This document shows, piece by piece, positions 41,446 to 52,618 of a stretch of DNA of 64,000 nt. The DNA comes from a bacterium (GTDB lineage Bacteria > Electryoneota > RPQS01). The first letter of the stretch is position 1. Each line of letters opens with the position of its first letter. The stretch spans positions 13,174-77,173 of the forward strand of contig JAHJDG010000101.1 of the NCBI GenBank assembly GCA_018812265.1, given 5' to 3'. A program made the translations under genes and the position numbers. The notes under the pieces were generated by a model. The model was not told the origin of the DNA and made no database searches. It worked only from the letters and a program-made list of their open reading frames with translations.

Positions 41446-42723
41446 CTACATAGCTCGGTAACCCGGTTTCGCAACGACGAGCGACGAATTATGGCCGCCG
41501 AAGCCAAACGAGTTGGACATTGCCACGTTGACGGTTCGTTGTTCAGCCTTATTCGGCACACAATACAGGTCACAGGCGGGGTCCTGATTCTCGAGGTTGA
41601 TCGTCGGCGGAATTACGTCGCGTTTCGTCGCAAGAATCGCGGCGATAGCCTCCACCGCCCCGGCAGCGCCCAGGCAGTGCGCAGTCATGGACTTGGTGGA
41701 AGACACGCACAGCTTGTCGGCATAATCGCCGAACAGGCGACGGATCGCCTTGCATTCGGCCGGATCGCCGACATCCGTCGAGGTTCCATGCATGTTGATG
41801 TAGTCCACCTGCTCCACTCCCAAGCCCGCGTCCTTCAGGGCCGCCGTCATGGCGCGCTTCGCACCCTCGCCGTCCACGTGGGGAGCCGTGATGTGGTAGG
41901 CGTCGCCGCTGGCACCCATGCCCAATAGCTCGGCGTGGATCGTTGCACCCCGTTTGCGGGCGTGTTCGAGTTCCTCCAACACGACAATGCCGGCGCCCTC
42001 GCCCAGCACGAAGCCGTCGCGGTCCCGGTCGAAGGGGCGGCTGGCTCGATGCGGTTCATCGTTCCGCGTGGAGATCGCCTTTAAGGCATTGAAGCCGCCC
42101 ACTCCCATGTGGTTGATAGGCGCTTCTGAGCCGCCGGTGACCATGATGTCCGTTTCCCCGGCTTGAATAAGCCGGCCCGCCACATGAATGGCATGGGCGG
42201 CCGTTGCACAGGCGGATACCACCGCGAAGTTCGGTCCTTTCAACCCAAAGAGGATCGAAATGTGACCGGCGACGATATCCGGGATCATCATCGGTACAAA
42301 GAACGGCGACATTCGGCGAGGGCCCTTTTCGAAGAAGACCTTGCACTGTTCTTCGAAGACCTGCATTCCACCGATGCCGCTGCCGACGATAACTCCCACC
42401 GATTCGGCCGGGGAATTCCTGTTTTCGTCCAGCAGACCTGCATCCTTCAATGCTTCATGCGCCGCGATGATTCCGAATTGCGTGAAGCGTTCCATTCGAC
42501 GAGCTTCCTTGGGTTCAATGGCGATGCTCGGGTCGAAGTTCTTCACTTCATGGGCAAACGTCGTGGCGAATCCGGCGGGATCGAACAGAGTAATCGGACC
42601 CGCGCCGCTGGTTCCGCTGCACAATGACTGCCAGAACGTCGGAACGTCATTCCCCACGGGTGAAACGACGCCCATGCCGGTGATGACTATCCGTCGTTTC
42701 ATATCGGATTCCTTGTGAATCAC
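41446..42723 (-). CDS. fabF: 3-oxoacyl-ACP synthase II
   Basis: [14 protein letters not shown]-terminus and active-site Cys/His/His context. Start may be the internal Met at 42702. Confidence 0.9.
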   Translation of the reverse strand: MIHKESDMKRRIVITGMGVVSPVGNDVPTFWQSLCSGTSGAGPITLFDPAGFATTFAHEVKNFDPSIAIEPKEARRMERFTQFGIIAAHEALKDAGLLDENRNSPAESVGVIVGSGIGGMQVFEEQCKVFFEKGPRRMSPFFVPMMIPDIVAGHISILFGLKGPNFAVVSACATAAHAIHVAGRLIQAGETDIMVTGGSEAPINHMGVGGFNALKAISTRNDEPHRASRPFDRDRDGFVLGEGAGIVVLEELEHARKRGATIHAELLGMGASGDAYHITAPHVDGEGAKRAMTAALKDAGLGVEQVDYINMHGTSTDVGDPAECKAIRRLFGDYADKLCVSSTKSMTAHCLGAAGAVEAIAAILATKRDVIPPTINLENQDPACDLYCVPNKAEQRTVNVAMSNSFGFGGHNSSLVVAKPGYRAM

Positions 42724-42971
42724 GCGTTCTCGGCGAGTTTTTTATTGAGGTACTCGTAGGCCGTCCCGACGGTTTTCATCGTCTCGGCATCCTGGTCAGG
42801 GATCTCCAGTTTGAACTCTTCCTCAAAGGCCATAACCAGTTCCACCAGGTCCAGCGAGTCGGCACCGAGATCCTCAACGAAACTGGCGTTGGGAGTGACA
42901 CTTGCCTCGTCCACTTGAAGGCGATCCGCGATAATTTTGCGGACTTTGCTTTCGAGTTCGTTGTCTGCCAT
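42720..42971 (-). CDS. acpP: acyl carrier protein
   Basis: LGADSLD phosphopantetheine attachment motif, 83 aa. Confidence 0.9.
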   Translation of the reverse strand: MADNELESKVRKIIADRLQVDEASVTPNASFVEDLGADSLDLVELVMAFEEEFKLEIPDQDAETMKTVGTAYEYLNKKLAENA

Positions 42972-43022
42972 GAAAGTAGTCTCCGGGTTTAATTGGCGAA
43001 AGGAGTTGGGTGGAGGAACGGA

Positions 43023-43772
43023 TTAGGTATGCAAACCCCCGTCCACCACGATCACTTGGCCCGTAATATAGTCCGACTCGGGCGAAACCAAGAAGGCACA
43101 CGCACGGGCGACATCCAGCGGCGTGCCCAGGCAATTCAGGGGAATGGATTTCAGATAGGCTTCCCGCACTTCCGGCGAGAGCCCCTGCGTCATTTCGGTT
43201 TCGATGAATCCCGGCGCAACGGCGTTGACGCGGACTCCTCGCCCGCCGAGTTCTTTCGCAATACTCTTGGTGAAGCCGATGATCCCGGCTTTGGACGCCG
43301 AGTAGTTGCTCTGACCGGCATTGCCCATGATACCGACCACGGAAGCGATGTTGACGATTTTACCGTAGCGCGCGCGCATCATGGGTTTGATGGCCGCTTT
43401 GGTGCAGACGAACGCGCCCTTGAGATTCACGGCAAGAACACGATCCCAGTCCGCTTCGGACATTCGCATCAGCAGTCCGTCGCGAGTGATTCCGGCGTTG
43501 TTCACAACGGCGGTAAGCCCGCCAAGATCGTCCACGCAACGTTGTACGATCCGTTCGGCGCCAATGCCATCGGTTACATCGAGAACCTCCGCCAGCACGC
43601 GGACGGCATATTTCGCCGCGAGTTCGTCGGCAGTGGCCTTGATTTCCTTTTCGAGAACGTCCGTCAGCGCGAGCTTCGCTCCCTGCGAAGCGAACTCGTC
43701 GGCAATGGCCTTGCCGATCCCGCGAGCGGCTCCCGTTACCCACACCGTCTTTCCGTCAAGAGTACCGGCCAT
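43023..43772 (-). CDS. fabG: 3-oxoacyl-ACP reductase
   Basis: TGAARGIG Rossmann. SDR catalytic YxxxK (NYSASKAG). Confidence 0.9.
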   Translation of the reverse strand: MAGTLDGKTVWVTGAARGIGKAIADEFASQGAKLALTDVLEKEIKATADELAAKYAVRVLAEVLDVTDGIGAERIVQRCVDDLGGLTAVVNNAGITRDGLLMRMSEADWDRVLAVNLKGAFVCTKAAIKPMMRARYGKIVNIASVVGIMGNAGQSNYSASKAGIIGFTKSIAKELGGRGVRVNAVAPGFIETEMTQGLSPEVREAYLKSIPLNCLGTPLDVARACAFLVSPESDYITGQVIVVDGGLHT

Positions 43773-43780
43773 GATACCTA

Positions 43781-44767
43781 CTACGTTGTAGCCGTGGTTT
43801 TTTGGATCTCTTCAACGTTTCCGACCGTGATAGCGGTTGTGCCTTCGACGGTTCTCTTCAGGAGACCGGAGAGAACGTTCCCGCTCCCGATTTCGTACCA
43901 TTCGTCCATTTCCATCGAGGCTAGTTCGCGAAGGCTTTCGGCCCAGCGAACGGGCGACAACAACTGATCGGCCAACCGACGCCGTAACGATTCGACGTCC
44001 GCGTGAGGTTTCGCAGTCACATTAGAAACCACCGGAATCTTGGGCGCGGACAGTGCGGCCTTCGACAACGCCTCGCCAAGCGAGGTTGCGGCCGGCTGCA
44101 TCAGCGGCGAGTGAAAAGCACCGGAGACCGGGAGTTCTTTGGCCAACCGGGCGCCATGCTTGCGGGCCGATTCCACGGCGCGTTTAATCCCCTCCACGCT
44201 GCCGGATATCACGAGCTGACCCGGTGAATTATAGTTGGCAGGAACGACCACGTCTCCAGCATCCGAAATCTCTCGGCAGACATCTTCCACTGCGCGTTCG
44301 TCCAAGCCAACCACGGCGGCCATGGTTCCGGGTTGCACTTGTCCGGCATGTTGCATGGCTTCCGCGCGGGCTTTCACGAGACGTAAGCCATCCGCGAAAG
44401 TGAAGACACCGGCTACATACAGCGCGGAATACTCTCCCAAGCTATGCCCGGCCGCTGCCGACGGTCGCATGGCGCGCTCGGCCAGCAGATCGGCCACGAT
44501 ACACGAATGCACGTACAGCGCCGGCTGCGTTACTTTGGTTTGCCGAAGTTCGTCGGGCGGTCCATCGAAGCAGATCCGCGCGAGATCAAAGCCGAGAATC
44601 GCTTCCGCTTCGTCGAAACGGCTGCGGGCAAGCGGAAAGACCTGAGCGAGATCCTTGCCCATTCCCACCGCCTGCGAACCTTGTCCGGGAAAGAGAAATG
44701 CTCGTTTCACGAGAATGTCAAAATGTGAAGGAATAGTGATCAGAGGCGGATCGTTGCGCCGCCCCAC
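43781..44767 (-). CDS. fabD: malonyl-CoA:ACP transacylase (start uncertain; a GTG at 44710 gives the canonical KRAFLFPGQGSQ N-terminus)
   Basis: FLFPGQGSQ and GHSLGEYSAL motifs. Confidence 0.85.
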   Translation of the reverse strand: MGRRNDPPLITIPSHFDILVKRAFLFPGQGSQAVGMGKDLAQVFPLARSRFDEAEAILGFDLARICFDGPPDELRQTKVTQPALYVHSCIVADLLAERAMRPSAAAGHSLGEYSALYVAGVFTFADGLRLVKARAEAMQHAGQVQPGTMAAVVGLDERAVEDVCREISDAGDVVVPANYNSPGQLVISGSVEGIKRAVESARKHGARLAKELPVSGAFHSPLMQPAATSLGEALSKAALSAPKIPVVSNVTAKPHADVESLRRRLADQLLSPVRWAESLRELASMEMDEWYEIGSGNVLSGLLKRTVEGTTAITVGNVEEIQKTTATT

Positions 44768-45759
44768 GTGAACCCGCCGCCGAAGGCGATGCAGCAGAGA
44801 ACCTGACCGTCCTTGAACGATCCGTCTTGCCGGCCTTCTTCGAGGGCGATCGGTACGGATGCTGAGGAAGTGTTACCGTACTTGTGAATGTTGACGTAGA
44901 CTTTTTCACGGGGAATTCCGAGGCGCTCAGCGGTTGCTTCCATAATGCGCAGATTGGCCTGATGGGGAACCAGCCAGTCTACGTCGGCGGTCGTAAGGCC
45001 GGCGATCCGAAGGGATTCATTCGCCGATTTAACCAACGTACGAACGGCATATTTGAAAACTTCATTGCCGTTCATCCGACAGAATCGTTCCCCGTCCACC
45101 GCGTTTCCCGTGCCGACGGAACCGACCGTGCCCTGACCGATACAGTAAAGGAACTGCGATGCATTGCCGCCGGATCCAAGGTAGGTAGACAGGATTCCGC
45201 GCTCATCTTGCTCGGCTTCGGTCAGGACCACCGCGCCCGCTCCGTCACCGAAGAGAACGCAGGTTCCGCGATCCGTATAGTCGGTGACCGAGGTGAGCAT
45301 TTCCGCGCCGATGACCAGCCCCTTCCTGGCGCGGCCCAAGGCGATGATCGCCTCCCCCTGATACAGCGAGTAGAGGAATCCGGAACAAGTGGCGCTGATA
45401 TCCCAGGCGGCGGCATTGACCGCATTCAGCGCTTCCTGCACGAAGATCGCGGTGGCCGGAAAGCGCATATCGGGCGAGATGGTTCCGAGGATAATGAATT
45501 CGAGTTCTTCGGGAGACACCCCCGCACGCTCGAGAGCCTGGCGTGCAGCAGCGATGCAATAGTCAGAGGTCTTGTCGCCGCGCCGCATGATGCGACGTTC
45601 CTTGATGCCGCTTCGGGCGGTGATCCACTCGTCACTCGTATCAACAATTTTCTCGAGGTCGGCGTTCGTCAGTATTGTTTCAGGCACAGACTTGCCGATT
45701 CCGGCAATGCGCGCCAAGGGTTTTCGCTCCTGCCTATGAGAGCTCACTATCTTCCTCAC
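44740..45759 (-). CDS. fabH: 3-oxoacyl-ACP synthase III
   Basis: KASIII layout with CSGFLY active-site Cys block and HQAN motif. Confidence 0.9.
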   Translation of the reverse strand: MRKIVSSHRQERKPLARIAGIGKSVPETILTNADLEKIVDTSDEWITARSGIKERRIMRRGDKTSDYCIAAARQALERAGVSPEELEFIILGTISPDMRFPATAIFVQEALNAVNAAAWDISATCSGFLYSLYQGEAIIALGRARKGLVIGAEMLTSVTDYTDRGTCVLFGDGAGAVVLTEAEQDERGILSTYLGSGGNASQFLYCIGQGTVGSVGTGNAVDGERFCRMNGNEVFKYAVRTLVKSANESLRIAGLTTADVDWLVPHQANLRIMEATAERLGIPREKVYVNIHKYGNTSSASVPIALEEGRQDGSFKDGQVLCCIAFGGGFTWGGATIRL

Positions 45760-46810
45760 CTACTTCATGTTGTTCACGCTTTTCTTGAAAGCGTTTCAGT
45801 CGAGCGCGGCCACGGGCGAGCATTCCCACGCTGTAGCGTTCCATGCCCGCGGCCAGCGCCGCGGGGAGATTGGCTTTGCTCAGCGTTAAGGCTTCCCGGA
45901 TCGCGTTCTTGATGGCTTTGGCAGTCGAACGGCCGTGGCAGATAATCGAAATGCCGTTAATGCCCAGCAGGGGAACGCCACCGATTTCCGAGTAGTCGAA
46001 CTCCTTTTGCAGTTGTCGTGCCGCCTCCGGATTGGCGTTGATGCCGGCACAGAGATCCTTGACGCGATCCAAGACCATTGATCCGACGGATTCGGCGAAT
46101 TTCAGGAGGATATTGCCGACGAATCCATCGCAGACGACGACATCCACTCGACCGCTGAAAATATCACTGCCCTCGACATTGCAGATGAAGTTCAGTCCAC
46201 TCTCTTCGAGCAAGTAGGACGCCTTCGTGACCAGCTCGTTGCCCTTGGTTTTTTCTTCGCCGATGGAAAGCAGGGCTACGCGGGGATCGGTCTGTTTGGT
46301 AAGAACCTCCATGAAGACCGATCCCAGAATGGCGAATTGATGGAGATTGACGGGCTTGCAGTCGGTATTGGCTCCGACGTCAAGCACGAAGCAAAAGCGT
46401 CCCCCGGAAAGGGGAAACAACGTTCCGATGGTGGGTCGCCGGACTCCTTCGATGAGGCCCAGCATCATGTAGCTGGCGGCCATCTGAGCGCCGGTGTGTC
46501 CGGCGGAGACAATTGCGCCCGCTTGCCCCGAACTGTGCAATTGGATGGCTTGAAGAAGTGAACTGCCACGTTTCAGGCGAACGGCCTGACCGGCTTTCTC
46601 CGACATGGAGATCACTTCTTCGGCATCGGCGATTTCAAGCCGGGCATCGGTCTGTCTCCCGCGTTTCGCTAATTCCTGCTGCAAGAGGTTGCGGGGACCG
46701 ACGAGGGTGATTTCGAGTCCGTCAGGAACCTCTTCCAGAGCGGCGAGGGCTCCTTCGATCGGACTCGCGGGCGCGAAGTCTCCACCCATGGAATCGAGGG
46801 CAATTCTCAT
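45734..46810 (-). CDS. plsX: phosphate acyltransferase
   Basis: MRIALDSMGGDFAP N-terminus. Conserved position between rpmF and fabH. Confidence 0.9.
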   Translation of the reverse strand: MRIALDSMGGDFAPASPIEGALAALEEVPDGLEITLVGPRNLLQQELAKRGRQTDARLEIADAEEVISMSEKAGQAVRLKRGSSLLQAIQLHSSGQAGAIVSAGHTGAQMAASYMMLGLIEGVRRPTIGTLFPLSGGRFCFVLDVGANTDCKPVNLHQFAILGSVFMEVLTKQTDPRVALLSIGEEKTKGNELVTKASYLLEESGLNFICNVEGSDIFSGRVDVVVCDGFVGNILLKFAESVGSMVLDRVKDLCAGINANPEAARQLQKEFDYSEIGGVPLLGINGISIICHGRSTAKAIKNAIREALTLSKANLPAALAAGMERYSVGMLARGRARLKRFQEKREQHEVGEEDSELS

Positions 46811-46843
46811 TCGCGTACCGAGTCCGCTGATTTCGGCGCCGTA

Positions 46844-47026
46844 CTACGAGCTCTTGACTTGAACAATGAAGCGTCCGTTGTAGTACCCGCAGCTTGGGCA
46901 GACTCGATGGGGTTCCATGACCGCACCGCAGTTCGAGCAGGTTGTCGTGGTCGGCTTGGCAAGTTTGTAGTTGGCGCGCCGACGGTCTCGGCGGGATTTT
47001 CCGGTTCGTCTTTTTGGTACTGGCAT
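46844..47026 (-). CDS. rpmF: 50S ribosomal protein L32
   Basis: MPVPKRRTGKSRRDRRR and CSNCG...CPSCG zinc ribbon, 60 aa. Confidence 0.9.
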   Translation of the reverse strand: MPVPKRRTGKSRRDRRRANYKLAKPTTTTCSNCGAVMEPHRVCPSCGYYNGRFIVQVKSS

Positions 47027-47071
47027 TTGCGTTGAGTGTATGTGGAATGAATCTTGTCGGTTTTGGCCGGA

Positions 47072-47530
47072 TTAGGAAGCGCCGCACGTGCACAATTGCA
47101 TATTCAGGTCGGTTCCGCAGTGTGGACAGAGACCCCGGCAGTCTTCACGGCATAGGTTCCTGCGGGGAAGCGCGAGAATCAGGAAATCGCGCAGATCCGT
47201 CGAAATATCCAGATCGGTCGTCCCCGCCGGTACGTAGACGATCTCCGGATCATCCACGTCGGGGACGGTCGTTCGGTTCCCCAGAACATACAGCATCGGC
47301 GAGCATACATTCACCTCCGCATCGTAAGCAGTGAGGCAGAGATCGCACTCCAGCCGGACACAGGCACGGAGGTCGAAATCAAACTCGAGATAGGGATCAT
47401 GACGATCCAGAACGAGTTTGGCTTGAATGTTCTCCCCGAAGAGCTGCTCATCGAGCCCCAAGTCACTCGGATCGAGGGACTCCGAAATCGTGTGGACCCC
47501 CGGAGGGTATGACGGTAGATGAACTTTCAC
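47072..47530 (-). CDS. yceD: YceD/DUF177 family protein
   Basis: C-terminal CxxC...CxxC (CREDCRGLCPHCG) and conserved position upstream of rpmF. Confidence 0.75.
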   Translation of the reverse strand: MKVHLPSYPPGVHTISESLDPSDLGLDEQLFGENIQAKLVLDRHDPYLEFDFDLRACVRLECDLCLTAYDAEVNVCSPMLYVLGNRTTVPDVDDPEIVYVPAGTTDLDISTDLRDFLILALPRRNLCREDCRGLCPHCGTDLNMQLCTCGAS

Positions 47531-47753
47531 GGGAGGGAGTCAAACAATAAATTTAACAATAGCCTGCGAAAATATCAAGTCTTTTCTTGGTCCGGCTTGT
47601 GACAACGGCTCCGTCAATGTCCACATATGTTCCATAATATCAGTATATTACAATGTAGTATTCGAGAACCGTGAAAGGTCGGCGTGTTAGCCACATGCAC
47701 AACGGGCTCCCATGAAGGGGGCCCGTACTGAGATACCACGGACTACCGCCCCA

Positions 47754-48365
47754 CTATTCTCGGTCTTCCCCGGAAGGTTCCTCCCCTTTCAGGGGAGCTC
47801 CAAGTTTGGCTTCCAGCGACCGGATCGAGTCACGGATCTTGGCCGCTTCCTCGTAGGCTTCGCACTCGACGCACTCTTTCAGTTTTTGGTGAAGGAGAGC
47901 GATTTCCTCGACGGTGGAACGGTTCACCGGTTCGTTGGAGACAGCCGCTCCTTCCATGACCTTGTCCACCACGCGGATGGGCGCTTTACATTTCAGCGCC
48001 AAGGCGATGGCATCGGACGGCCGTGCGTCAATGGTTTTGATTTCTCCCTTCAGCGTGCGCAATTCGACCAAGGCGAAGAACGTATTGTCTTTCAGGTCAC
48101 AGACGGTGGCGGATAGCACCTGGACTTCGCCTTCGGCAAGAATACGCGAGAACAGATCGTAGGTCATGGGCCGGGCGTATTCCAGTCCCTGGAGCAGGAA
48201 CGAAATGCTCTGGGCTTCGGCCGCTCCGATGAAGATGGGAAGCCAACGCTCGCCGTCCTTCTCTTTGAGAATGACGACATATCCTTGGTAAGGGGGACAG
48301 ACGGATATGCCAATGACTTCAACCGGGATCACTTCACACCTCCATGCTCTGGCAGCGCGAACCAC
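47754..48365 (-). CDS. bifunctional nuclease (BFN/DUF151) with C-terminal UVR motif
   Basis: PVVILKE...RWLPIFIG core. C-terminal EECVECEAYEEAAKIRDSIRSLE UvrB/C-like helix. Confidence 0.7.
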   Translation of the reverse strand: MVRAARAWRCEVIPVEVIGISVCPPYQGYVVILKEKDGERWLPIFIGAAEAQSISFLLQGLEYARPMTYDLFSRILAEGEVQVLSATVCDLKDNTFFALVELRTLKGEIKTIDARPSDAIALALKCKAPIRVVDKVMEGAAVSNEPVNRSTVEEIALLHQKLKECVECEAYEEAAKIRDSIRSLEAKLGAPLKGEEPSGEDRE

Positions 48366-48468
48366 CGTGGATGGCCAAACAGCGGGCGAGAATACGATAG
48401 AAGAAGTGCAATATTCGAGCCACCGCAGAAGAGACGCCCATACCGGGACTTCACAGCAGGCCGCGAAC

Positions 48469-49983
48469 TCAAGCGGTATCTTGCCTGAGCTGGCTTCTTA
48501 TGATCTTACCCGATGGCGCTTTAGGAAGTTCCTTTACGAGCCTGACGATCTTCGGACATTTATAGACAGCGACTCGTTCTTTCACATATTCAATGATCTC
48601 GCTCGGACCGATACTGGCGCCTTCCTTCAGCACCACACAGGCTTTGATTTCCTCGCCGTATACGGGGTCGGACATCCCCACGACGGCCGCTTCTTGGATG
48701 TGGGGAAGTCCTTCCACCACTTCCTCGATTTCCCGGCAATAGACGGGAAATCCGCCCTTCACGATTACCTCATCGTCGTGCGCGACAAGAAACAGGTTCG
48801 ACTGTTCGTCGAGGTAGCCGCGATCCGAAGTCAAGAACCAATCGTCAATGAAAGATTGCCTGGTCTTGTCGGGCCGTTTGTAATAGCCACGCGACACCGC
48901 CGGACCGCGCAGGGCGATCCGGCCGGGTACTTTAGGAGAGACGAGTCCCCCCTCTTCGTCAAAGATATTTATCTCATGTTGTCCGATCGGCTGGCCAATC
49001 GAGCCGCGGGGCGCCAGCAGCGGAAAGAGATTGACGGTAATCATTCCACAGGTTTCCGTGCTCGAGTAGCCCTCGAAGACACGGATTCGCAAATGCTCTT
49101 CAATGGCCCGGGCCGTCTCCTCACTGAGGGGCGCTTCACAGGACAGAGCATAGCGAAGACCGCTCAAGTCGTACTTCGACGCCGACGGAAAGCCGGACAT
49201 CAGCGCGAACGCGGAAGGATTGCCCATGAACAATGTTGTTCGCTGTTCGTGAAGGCAGTCGAGGGCGTCACCGGGATGAAATCTCGAGTGAATCTGGATT
49301 TCAGCCCCGTGGGCGAGCGCCAAATGAACGACGCCCGTCAGGGCGGAGATGCTGGAGAAGGGCATCGCCGAAAGAAGACGATCGGACTCGCGAATACGGA
49401 GAAGTTGTCCGGTTTCCGCTGCATGACAGCGGAAATTACCCTGCGTGAGTTGCACGCCTCGCGGATGCCCGCTGACTCCCGACGTATAGACAATAGCCGA
49501 GAGGGTGTCTTCGGAGACGGATTCATGGTCCGGTATCGGCTCGCCATTGGCCACCATGTCAAGCAGGCTTTCGGCGCCTTGCGGAATGGAATCACCGAGG
49601 TAGGCGCGGAGGCGCAGCGACTCGGAGTGTTCGGCGGCTTTCTCGGTCTCGGTTGCCAGATTCGCCCACCCGACGAATGCACAGGCTTCGGCGTCTTCCA
49701 TCTGGCGGCCGATCTCGCGCGATTTCAGGAGAACGTTCATCGGTACCGAGACCGCACCCAGACCCATCACCGCGAGATGGGTGATGATAAAATGCGGGCA
49801 GCTGGGTAGGATAATCGCCACAACGTCTCCGAGCCCGATTCCACGAGCCGCGAGTGATCCCCGCAAGCGGTCAGCCGCCTCCAACATGGCAGAGTAGGTG
49901 TACCTCTGTCCATTGAACGTCAGCGCTACGGCTTCCGGGTGTCGCTCGGCAAAGAGCCGAATCTGCCTCAGTAACGTCGGCAC
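48469..49983 (-). CDS. AMP-dependent acyl-CoA synthetase/ligase
   Basis: YTSGVSGHPRG AMP-binding box, EGYSSTETCG motif, C-terminal PSGKIIR. Confidence 0.85.
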   Translation of the reverse strand: MPTLLRQIRLFAERHPEAVALTFNGQRYTYSAMLEAADRLRGSLAARGIGLGDVVAIILPSCPHFIITHLAVMGLGAVSVPMNVLLKSREIGRQMEDAEACAFVGWANLATETEKAAEHSESLRLRAYLGDSIPQGAESLLDMVANGEPIPDHESVSEDTLSAIVYTSGVSGHPRGVQLTQGNFRCHAAETGQLLRIRESDRLLSAMPFSSISALTGVVHLALAHGAEIQIHSRFHPGDALDCLHEQRTTLFMGNPSAFALMSGFPSASKYDLSGLRYALSCEAPLSEETARAIEEHLRIRVFEGYSSTETCGMITVNLFPLLAPRGSIGQPIGQHEINIFDEEGGLVSPKVPGRIALRGPAVSRGYYKRPDKTRQSFIDDWFLTSDRGYLDEQSNLFLVAHDDEVIVKGGFPVYCREIEEVVEGLPHIQEAAVVGMSDPVYGEEIKACVVLKEGASIGPSEIIEYVKERVAVYKCPKIVRLVKELPKAPSGKIIRSQLRQDTA

Positions 49984-50019
49984 GATTTCTCTATGCTTCC
50001 TTCCTCAGAGAATATTCGA

Positions 50020-51564
50020 CTATATGGCCACTTCCTTGATCCGGTCAAGGGAGCGATACTGAACGGCTTCCACCACATACGGCAGGGTGATTTCTTCTGA
50101 TCCCTCGAGGTCAGCGATAGTCAGAGCGATCTTACGGATCCGGTGGTAGGCGCGCGCCGACAGTCCCATTCGTTCGATCGCTTGATGCAGTACATTCATG
50201 GAAGGGCCGTCGAGCGGGGCGAAGCGCTCGATCTCGCGACCGGACATGAGCGCGTTGCAGTAGAGGTCGGAACGCGCGTCCTGGAATCGTTCGCGCTGCC
50301 GCTTGCGGGCGAGGCTCACCCGAGTGCGGATCGAAGCCGAGTCCTCGCTGCTTTCTTTGGAAGCAAGGTCCTTCCAGGGGACCCGGGGGACTTCGACGTG
50401 GATGTCAATCCGATCCAAGAGCGGTCCCGAAACTCGGGTAAGATAGCGACGGACCTGCTCGGGGGTGCAACGGCATTCCCGTTCCGAGTCGGTGAGATAC
50501 CCGCACGGACAGGGATTCATGGCCGCCACGAGCATGAATGAGGCGGGGTATGACAGACTGATCGCCGCACGAGAGAGCGTTACCACGCCGTCTTCGAGGG
50601 GCTGCCGCAACACTTCGAGGACGTTGCGGTGGAACTCGGGCAACTCATCCAGGAACAGAACTCCGTGGTGCGCGAGCGATACCTCTCCCGGACGAGGAAT
50701 GATGCCTCCTCCAATAAGCCCGGCATCCGAGACGGTGTGATGAGGCGCGCGAAACGGCCGGCTTGCCACGATTGCCTGCCCCGGTTTCATCATTCCCGCC
50801 ACCGAATGCACGCGAGTCGTTTCGAGCGCTTCTTCGAGTGAGAATTCGGGGAGGATGGACGGCAATCGGCGGGCGAGCATGGTCTTTCCGGAACCGGGCG
50901 GGCCGATCATCAGCACGTTGTGGCCACCGGCGGCGGCGATTTCCAGAGCACGCTTCACAGAGCTCTGGCCACGGACTTCCGAGAAATCGCCTACACTTAC
51001 ACGAGCCTCGAGAAACAGAGCCTCACGATTCACCGTAAACGGGCTGACGCGGTCGTCGCCATTCAGAAAGTCCACCGCATCGCGCAGACTCTCCATGGGA
51101 TAGACGGCCACGTCGGGAACGAGGGCCGCTTCGCGGGCGTTCTCCACCGGTACGATCAGATTGCGGATGCCTTCATGTCGCAGGGAACTGGCAATCGGCA
51201 AGGCTCCCCGGATGGGGCGGACCTTTCCGTCCAGCGCCAGTTCTCCCAGTATGGCGATTACCCCCACTCCATTGGGCGTGACCTGACCCGAAGCCGCCAG
51301 AATGCCGATGGCCATGGGAAGATCGAAACCGCTTCCCTCCTTCCGAATGTCGGCGGGAGCGAGATTGACGGTAATCCGGCGCTGCGGGAAAACGAATCCC
51401 GAGTTCTTGATGGCGGCCGTCACGCGCTCGCGTGATTCCTTGACGGCACTGTCGGGCAAGCCCACCACCGCGAAAGCCGGCAGACCGTTTTCGAGATGGC
51501 TCTCGACCTTCACCTGATAGGCATCAATGCCCAAGAGCGCCGCGGAAAGGACTTCAGCAAACAT
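50020..51564 (-). CDS. YifB/ComM-family Mg-chelatase-like AAA+ ATPase
   Basis: Lon-like N-domain, Walker A GPPGSGKTM, MCM-like C-terminal CPCG zinc motif. Confidence 0.85.
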   Translation of the reverse strand: MFAEVLSAALLGIDAYQVKVESHLENGLPAFAVVGLPDSAVKESRERVTAAIKNSGFVFPQRRITVNLAPADIRKEGSGFDLPMAIGILAASGQVTPNGVGVIAILGELALDGKVRPIRGALPIASSLRHEGIRNLIVPVENAREAALVPDVAVYPMESLRDAVDFLNGDDRVSPFTVNREALFLEARVSVGDFSEVRGQSSVKRALEIAAAGGHNVLMIGPPGSGKTMLARRLPSILPEFSLEEALETTRVHSVAGMMKPGQAIVASRPFRAPHHTVSDAGLIGGGIIPRPGEVSLAHHGVLFLDELPEFHRNVLEVLRQPLEDGVVTLSRAAISLSYPASFMLVAAMNPCPCGYLTDSERECRCTPEQVRRYLTRVSGPLLDRIDIHVEVPRVPWKDLASKESSEDSASIRTRVSLARKRQRERFQDARSDLYCNALMSGREIERFAPLDGPSMNVLHQAIERMGLSARAYHRIRKIALTIADLEGSEEITLPYVVEAVQYRSLDRIKEVAI

Positions 51565-52618
51565 GAGAATCGAGAGGTTTTTCCCACATCCGCCACTTTT
51601 TATAGGGAATCGCGCCCATCGCGATCAGTGCGTCATTCATGGGCTTGTTGTCCTCGAGAATCCATGAGAACTCGCCCCAATGATATCCGGCTTGATTGCC
51701 GACTTTGTAGGTTCGGCAATAGAAGACGGCATCCACTCCCCGCCCGCGATAGGCGGGATCAATGCCCATCAGGGGAATGCGGATCCGATTGAGCTTTCTG
51801 CGGCCGGTCAGCAGAGTGAAGATTCCGGTCGGAAAAAGACGGCCGTTGATTTTCTTCAGCAGGGGATGAACGTCCGGCAGAGCCAGACTGAATCCGACGG
51901 GCTGACCGCTTTCGTCCTCGGCGAAGAAGACCAATCGCGGATCGAAGATGAGCTTGAGCGAGTTCGCCATCTCGACGATTTCGCGGTCGCTCATCGGAAC
52001 GAATCCCCAGTTGCCGGCCCAAGCGCGACGATAGAGATCCTGAATGCGCCGCACTTCCTCCCAGAACTCCTTTTTGCGGAAGGATCGCACGCGCAGTTTC
52101 AGGCGGGATTCGAGTTTTTCTCCGAGACGCATAATCCGTTCGCTGAACTGCCCTTCGCGCATTTCGTAGGCCAACAGGTCTTTGGCTTTGACGAATCCGC
52201 ATTGTTCCGCGAGACGATTGTAGTAGGGCGGATTGTGCGTCGTCATGATGGCCGGCGGCGTATTGAATCCCTCGATCAACATACCGATCTCGTCGTTGAC
52301 CGAGAAGTTCGCCGGACCGCGCATGACGTCCAGCCCGCGTTCCATAAGAAAGCGACCCGCGTGATCGAAGAGCGCGCGGGCAACATCCTCCGAGTCCACA
52401 GACTCGAAGAATCCGAAGAAACCCACACGATCCTTGTGGAAGCGGTTGTGGGCGTGATTAACAACGGCACAGATCCGGCCCACTACCTCCCCGCTCCGGG
52501 TGTCCCGGGCTACGATCGGTTCGACTTCCCCGTGTTCGTAGAAGGGGTGCTTAGGATCGAATCGAGACTTTTGATCAATCAGGAGCGGCGGGATCCAGGC
52601 CGGGTCCTGTCCCTGCAC
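51554..52618 (-). CDS. GNAT-fold N-acyltransferase (putative N-acyl amino acid synthase; family assignment tentative)
   Basis: 354 aa with acyl-CoA N-acyltransferase-like C-terminal half. Overlaps the upstream alpha-oxoamine synthase gene by 44 nt. Confidence 0.4.
   Translation of the reverse strand: MQGQDPAWIPPLLIDQKSRFDPKHPFYEHGEVEPIVARDTRSGEVVGRICAVVNHAHNRFHKDRVGFFGFFESVDSEDVARALFDHAGRFLMERGLDVMRGPANFSVNDEIGMLIEGFNTPPAIMTTHNPPYYNRLAEQCGFVKAKDLLAYEMREGQFSERIMRLGEKLESRLKLRVRSFRKKEFWEEVRRIQDLYRRAWAGNWGFVPMSDREIVEMANSLKLIFDPRLVFFAEDESGQPVGFSLALPDVHPLLKKINGRLFPTGIFTLLTGRRKLNRIRIPLMGIDPAYRGRGVDAVFYCRTYKVGNQAGYHWGEFSWILEDNKPMNDALIAMGAIPYKKWRMWEKPLDSHVC

Noticed and set aside
40513-45912. Plus-strand ORFs of 324-471 aa (40513-41928, 42993-43967, 44884-45912) opposite rnc/fabF/fabG/fabH
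   Set aside because: They overlap conserved fab and rnc genes on the other strand and show no motifs. High-GC shadow ORFs.
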